A stretch of DNA of 64,000 bases from an uncultured Verrucomicrobiae bacterium (GTDB lineage: Bacteria; Verrucomicrobiota; Verrucomicrobiia; Limisphaerales; Palsa-1400). This document shows, piece by piece, positions 59,933 through 64,000 of the stretch (position 1 is the stretch's first letter; each line of letters begins with the position of its first letter). The DNA is taken from positions 2,080,001-2,144,000 of the forward strand of contig CAVXRD010000002.1 of the NCBI GenBank assembly GCA_963764165.1, in the 5' to 3' direction. Below the pieces are notes generated by a model. The model was not told where the DNA came from and searched no databases. It saw nothing but the letters and a program-made list of their open reading frames with translations. Both the position numbers and the translations under genes were made by a program.

Positions 59933-60976
59933 ATGGTCAGCATCTCATTCAAACGAAATCGGAGTCAGGTTCAAAAACCCCGCAATCCCAAGGCAGGCAG
60001 CGGTTCGCGCCTGGCGCGGCATCGCCGCACTGCGGTGGCGGACACCGTTGAGGTTGAGCCCCTCCCAATGGTTGCGCCGAAAATTGTGGTCGAGCGCGCT
60101 GCATCCGCGACGGAAGCGGAGCCGGTTCCCCAACCTCGCGGCGATACCCTGCAATTGTATCTCAACGAAATCGGGAGGGTCAAACTGCTGACGCGCGAAG
60201 AGGAAATCGTGCTCGCCAAGCGCATCAAGAAGGGCGACAAACGCGCGCGCGAACAAATGATCACCGCCAATTTGCGCTTGGTGGTCAAGATTGCCCGCGA
60301 TTACGAAGGCCTTGGCCTGCCGCTGCTCGATTTGATCAACGAAGGCAACATCGGCCTGATGAAGGGCGTGGAGCGTTTCGACCCGAAGAAAGGGGCCAAG
60401 CTCTCGACTTACGCCGCCTGGTGGATCAAGCAGGCGATCATGGCCGCGCTGGCCAATCAATCCAAGACGATTCGCCTTCCGGCGCACGTCGTAGAGCGCC
60501 TGGCCAAAATGCGCAAGGCGGAAGTCTTATTGCGCGACACCTTTGACCGCGAACCGACCGACCAGGAATTGGCGGATCATTTGGGTTTGGATACGCGCCG
60601 GGTCCGGCAATATCGGCAGGCGGCCAAAGCGCCGGTTTCGCTGGACGCGCCGCTGGGCGAAGACGAGCCGAACCGGATTTCAGACGTCGTGGCGGACCCG
60701 AACGCGGCCGCGCCCTTCGACCGCATCGTGCAGGAGAATGACGCTGGCCTAGTGCGGGACGCCTTGGCGCGCCTGACGGAACGCGAGACGGCGATTCTCG
60801 GATTGCGATTCGGATTGGACGGGCAGAAGCCCAAGACGCTGGAGGAAATCGGCGCGCAATTCAAATTATCGCGCGAGCGCATCCGGCAAATCCAGGACGA
60901 AGCGCTGATCAAAATGCGCGCGCAAATCGAAGAGAGCGACGCGCCGATGCTCGAAGCGGATGCGCTGGCTGCGTAA
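59933..60976 (+). CDS. Sigma-70 family factor (RpoD/RpoS-like, lacks region 1.1)
   Basis: LQLYLNEIG...[44 protein letters not shown]...LSRERIRQI. Confidence 0.92.
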   Translation: MVSISFKRNRSQVQKPRNPKAGSGSRLARHRRTAVADTVEVEPLPMVAPKIVVERAASATEAEPVPQPRGDTLQLYLNEIGRVKLLTREEEIVLAKRIKKGDKRAREQMITANLRLVVKIARDYEGLGLPLLDLINEGNIGLMKGVERFDPKKGAKLSTYAAWWIKQAIMAALANQSKTIRLPAHVVERLAKMRKAEVLLRDTFDREPTDQELADHLGLDTRRVRQYRQAAKAPVSLDAPLGEDEPNRISDVVADPNAAAPFDRIVQENDAGLVRDALARLTERETAILGLRFGLDGQKPKTLEEIGAQFKLSRERIRQIQDEALIKMRAQIEESDAPMLEADALAA

Positions 60977-61005
60977 GGCAAATTAGCTATAAGATTCTCA
61001 AAGAT

Positions 61006-61045
61006 CGCGCCGGAGGAATTAGCATTCCCCGGCGCGTTCGTGTTT
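61006..61045 (+). terminator. Probable intrinsic terminator
   Basis: CGCGCCGG(A)GGAAT-TAGC-ATTCCCCGGCGCG followed by a T-rich tail. Confidence 0.6.
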
Positions 61046-61166
61046 CGATTTCGATCCGGAATCATTGATCTCCGCTCTGATCGACAAGTGTTGGCTTACC
61101 CGCATAATAATGTCAGATTAGTCACGGCGTCGACGTCTTGAACATGCCTTGGGCAGAAGGCGAGAT

Positions 61167-61595
61167 ATGGAGCAGAAGGCAGACATACAGCGGAAGCGCA
61201 CAAATTACGCACGACGCACTTTCGGTGTCGTAATCGCGGCATTGCCGCTGGCGATTTCGTTGGCATCAGGAGTTTTTGGCCTCTTGCAGCATCGCCAGTC
61301 CAGCTTAGCCGGTCTTGGGTTCATGGTTCCAGCCGTTGTCGTCGCGGTTATCAACTTCTCCCTTTCTTTTATTCGGCCCATTTGGTTTCGTTTCCGGCAT
61401 GGATCAATGAGTGGCTACCGTCGCGTCTCGGGGATCCCGATGTTCGGCAGCATTTTAATTGCGCTTGGTTCATTGCTTTGTTTCGGAGCCCTCGGCGGTG
61501 CATTGATTGGCTGCGCATCTTTTTGCATTGATACTGGGGGTAGCGGTTGGTTCGTCGTCGCAACTTGGAAAGACCGATCACTCTGGGATTCGTGA
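61167..61595 (+). CDS. Hypothetical membrane protein
   Basis: Several hydrophobic segments; VSGIP..G and DTGG..W motifs. Confidence 0.6.
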   Translation: MEQKADIQRKRTNYARRTFGVVIAALPLAISLASGVFGLLQHRQSSLAGLGFMVPAVVVAVINFSLSFIRPIWFRFRHGSMSGYRRVSGIPMFGSILIALGSLLCFGALGGALIGCASFCIDTGGSGWFVVATWKDRSLWDS

Positions 61596-61625
61596 TCTGA
61601 AACTAATGGCTGACGGGCAGTCCGT

Positions 61626-62102
61626 TTATTGAAACAGCTCCCTCGATTCTCTCCGAAATGGGTTCAGGTCCACCACCCTTAAAACGGTGATGCGGCTGCA
61701 AGTGAACGAAACCTCATGCCGCAGACACGTGCCACCCCACGCCACTCGAAATCGGCGCTCCTTTCCGAATGGTTCAGCCAGCGTAATCGAGAGAGCCATG
61801 ATCGGATTCTGGTGATTAAATCCGTCGATGCGCAATTCATCCAGGCTCTCGAAAAGAAACTCCGCGGTACCCTGCTTCCGATCTCGGTCGGTCGGCGTCT
61901 TATTTGTGTCAAATATAAGGAAGATTGCCCGCAGGTCGACGATGGTTGCTGAGACAACGGCGCGGTCAAGGGTGATCGACAAAACTTCAAAATCGTGAAA
62001 TGTCGGCCAATAACCGAGATGTTCGATAAAGAGTTCGCGACCTGAAATCAGCGCGAGGGTTTCCGGGGAAATCGGAGTGTTGAATGATTGCTCGGGAGTC
62101 AT
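61626..62102 (-). CDS. Imm50-like immunity protein
   Basis: GYWPTFHDFEVLSI.L...F.F....L..DGFNHQNPI..L.I. Confidence 0.7.
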   Translation of the reverse strand: MTPEQSFNTPISPETLALISGRELFIEHLGYWPTFHDFEVLSITLDRAVVSATIVDLRAIFLIFDTNKTPTDRDRKQGTAEFLFESLDELRIDGFNHQNPIMALSITLAEPFGKERRFRVAWGGTCLRHEVSFTCSRITVLRVVDLNPFRRESRELFQ

Positions 62103-62130
62103 TTGTTTGTTGAACTAGGTCCCGTCCAAA

Positions 62131-62313
62131 TCATTTCAGCCAGCGCGACATGTGTTTTCTGGCATTCTTATGCGAAACCACTCGCCCTTCCTCGATGGCT
62201 TGTTCAGCGCGGTCAATTTTTTCCAGGATAAGGATTGGGTCTCTGTCCTTGACCGCAGCGGCATTAATGTCCTTAGCCCTGCGTTTCAAAGTTGTTACCA
62301 ATTCCATCTTCAT
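62131..62313 (-). pseudogene. Phd/YefM-family antitoxin with an internal deletion
   Basis: MKMELVTTLKRRA...PILI joined directly to LE.I.R.E.AI.EGRVVSH..A...MSRWLK; the usual TxHGxPxA segment is missing and no toxin follows. Confidence 0.6.
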
Positions 62314-62397
62314 GATTGATACGTTTGTGACACTTCTCTCATAAAGGCAAGCTATCTGAGCGTGCTCCGGCGTGGGATGGCGCATTTCGGGTTTAGC

Positions 62398-62558
62398 AGC
62401 GCCAGAGGCGCGACATATTTGTAGTCGTCGTTCCCCCTGAAATCAAAGCCTCGTAGAGGTGACACCTGCTCTTCAGGCACTTGGGATGTGCCGCTCCTAC
62501 GGAGCTGGTTGTTCATTGGACTTGGTTGATCTACAAAGATTTCGCTCCTAGCGGAGCT
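62398..62558. repeat. Four-hairpin palindromic element (PATE/REP-like)
   Basis: AGCGCCAGAGGCGCGACATATTTGTAG ... CTACAAAGATTTCGCTCCTAGCGGAGCT with an inner pair of GCTCC/GGAGC-type hairpins. Confidence 0.65.
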
Positions 62559-62642
62559 AATGAGTCAAAGGAACCTCGCGAGAGGCCTGATGGGGCGCAA
62601 AACTTTCCTCTGAGTGCTAAAGCTCTGAATCCCTCACTCAAC

Positions 62643-63455
62643 TCAGTTTCGGACCTGTTCATAAATATTTTTCAAAGCGTAAACAAAAAATCGGTGGGCC
62701 TTGATGGGCCCAATGGCGGTGGGGATGGCTTGGATGAGCGGGCCGTCGTATCCGATGATGACGACTTTGCCTTTGATCACGCTGGCCGGAACTTTTCCAG
62801 ATAGAAAGTCGTCAAACGGAATGTAGGCAAGATCATCCTTCGAGGGCAATTTGGCCACGCAGTATTGTTTGTCCAGCCGGAGGGTGTTTGTGCCAAAGGT
62901 CACATTGCCGTCAGGAGAAATCGTCGCGCGAGTTCCTATTGCCATTTCCATGCAACAGACGACCAACGATTTCACCGTGTTGGATTGGTAGGTTTCCAAG
63001 AGCGGCACGCGTGTCGTGTTAAAATCTACAAAGCCGACGTCGCTGGCGTTGGAGCAGAACATCGGCAGAGGAATCCAACCGACCTCGCCGGAGATTTGCC
63101 TGAGCGCGCGGACACCGGGCAAGGTGAAGCGGGCGGGCAGCGGATTCGGATGCGCTTCCGAATCATCCAGGCGCGCCTGGAGCACGACAGGTAAGTTCGT
63201 CATCGCGGCCGCCAGTGCGAGATCGGCCGCCGGGTCTTTCGGCTGGTCAAAAAAGAATTTCATCACCACGCCCTTCGCGCCAAGATCCGCCGCTTCACGA
63301 ATTGCCTTCGCTTCGAGCGTGCGATCAATTGGGAACGCCCCGTATTTGGCCTCCGCAGCAGCATCAATGAAAACCACCACGAAGTCCTCGTGAAACGAAG
63401 CGCCGAGCAACGTATTTGACACGAGACTCAACAGAAGCATGATCCGCCAATTCAT
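62643..63455 (-). CDS. Stand-alone CHASE2-like extracytoplasmic protein
   Basis: Signal peptide, VVVFID.....YG.FP.DR...A..I......GAK.V...FFDQP....D..LA.A, KGKVVIIG. Confidence 0.7.
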   Translation of the reverse strand: MNWRIMLLLSLVSNTLLGASFHEDFVVVFIDAAAEAKYGAFPIDRTLEAKAIREAADLGAKGVVMKFFFDQPKDPAADLALAAAMTNLPVVLQARLDDSEAHPNPLPARFTLPGVRALRQISGEVGWIPLPMFCSNASDVGFVDFNTTRVPLLETYQSNTVKSLVVCCMEMAIGTRATISPDGNVTFGTNTLRLDKQYCVAKLPSKDDLAYIPFDDFLSGKVPASVIKGKVVIIGYDGPLIQAIPTAIGPIKAHRFFVYALKNIYEQVRN

Positions 63456-63706
63456 GAATGACGGTAAACAATGCCTTGAACGAGGATCATTAATCGCTTG
63501 GTTTCCTTCCTTTCGTCCTCGGTTATGTCATCCTTGGCAAATACCAGAATATCTTTCAGTGCAATTTCCAGCGCCCCATATCCGTCAGTCAGCCCATTTA
63601 GAGCGAAGTAACCCGGGAGAAAATGCGCCAACGGCCTAAGCGCGCGCCGGTCGCACCAACCATCAGCGAGCTTTTTCAGGTCACGGAAAAACTCATCGTT
63701 GTTCAT
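63452..63706 (-). CDS. Hypothetical protein
   Basis: 84-aa ORF with a 4-bp overlap to the next gene; WCDRRAL..L...LP.Y....GLTDG. Confidence 0.55.
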   Translation of the reverse strand: MNNDEFFRDLKKLADGWCDRRALRPLAHFLPGYFALNGLTDGYGALEIALKDILVFAKDDITEDERKETKRLMILVQGIVYRHS

Positions 63707-63715
63707 TCCGGGAAA

Positions 63716-64000
63716 TCATCGAGCCTTCCCAAATTTCGGATCGCCCGAAACGACCTGGCCACGATCTCTCCACGAAGGAATATTCGGAAGCGTCTGTTGT
63801 TCTCCCAAATGGCGGAAAAATTGAGCAACCGCTTCACGAACGCGCCGTTCAAATTCTAGTTGCAACGAGGCATTGGCGGCATTTTCGGTCTTTTGCAAGA
63901 ACTCGAGCGTGAACGGCTTTGGAATTTCCCGGCCCTCTTCCCTGGCCGTTTCCAGCCATTCTTGCATTACAATCTGTATATTCTTAAGGGCTTCATCAGG
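63716..64000 (-). CDS. HicB-like antitoxin (3' part; gene runs off the right edge)
   Basis: PDEALKNIQIVMQEWLETAREEGREIPKP. Confidence 0.7.
   Translation of the reverse strand, partial: PDEALKNIQIVMQEWLETAREEGREIPKPFTLEFLQKTENAANASLQLEFERRVREAVAQFFRHLGEQQTLPNIPSWRDRGQVVSGDPKFGKAR

Noticed and set aside
61100..64000. Integron cassette array
   Set aside because: Short accessory genes are present, but I found no convincing attC (RYYYAAC...GTTRRRY) structures and no intI.

Overview
GC-rich bacterial chromosomal segment, most likely Verrucomicrobiota (Pedosphaera/Limisphaerales-like). This is inferred from the SWIB-domain protein, a TIGR04073-like lipoprotein and the style of the secreted proteins and repeats. 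Housekeeping and metabolic genes include araA (partial), ispE, a TonB receptor, cutC, a ThDP keto-acid decarboxylase, an RlmI-type MTase, guaA, a Fur-family regulator, an NCS1 permease with a class-III aminotransferase, a dipeptidase, acs, tmRNA, a TetR regulator and a sigma-70 factor. They are interleaved with many mobile or accessory elements: (1) two near-identical 1,683-bp IS1182-family copies, each inserted in the loop of a GTAG-type REP hairpin; (2) a ~1.7-kb candidate new mobile element whose single ORF has Rep_trans-like (YDK...LRIE) motifs, a hairpin at one end and GCAC at both junctions; (3) several toxin-antitoxin pairs and relics; (4) three large secreted repeat proteins; (5) a decayed tmRNA-linked island carrying kaiC-kaiB, a frameshifted multi-PAS/GAF hybrid kinase and a response regulator; (6) a 313-bp structured MITE; (7) a ~90-bp non-coding element with an IHF-like core and 9/11-bp iterons, present twice 38 kb apart. 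All family assignments come from motif recognition by eye, not from database searches.
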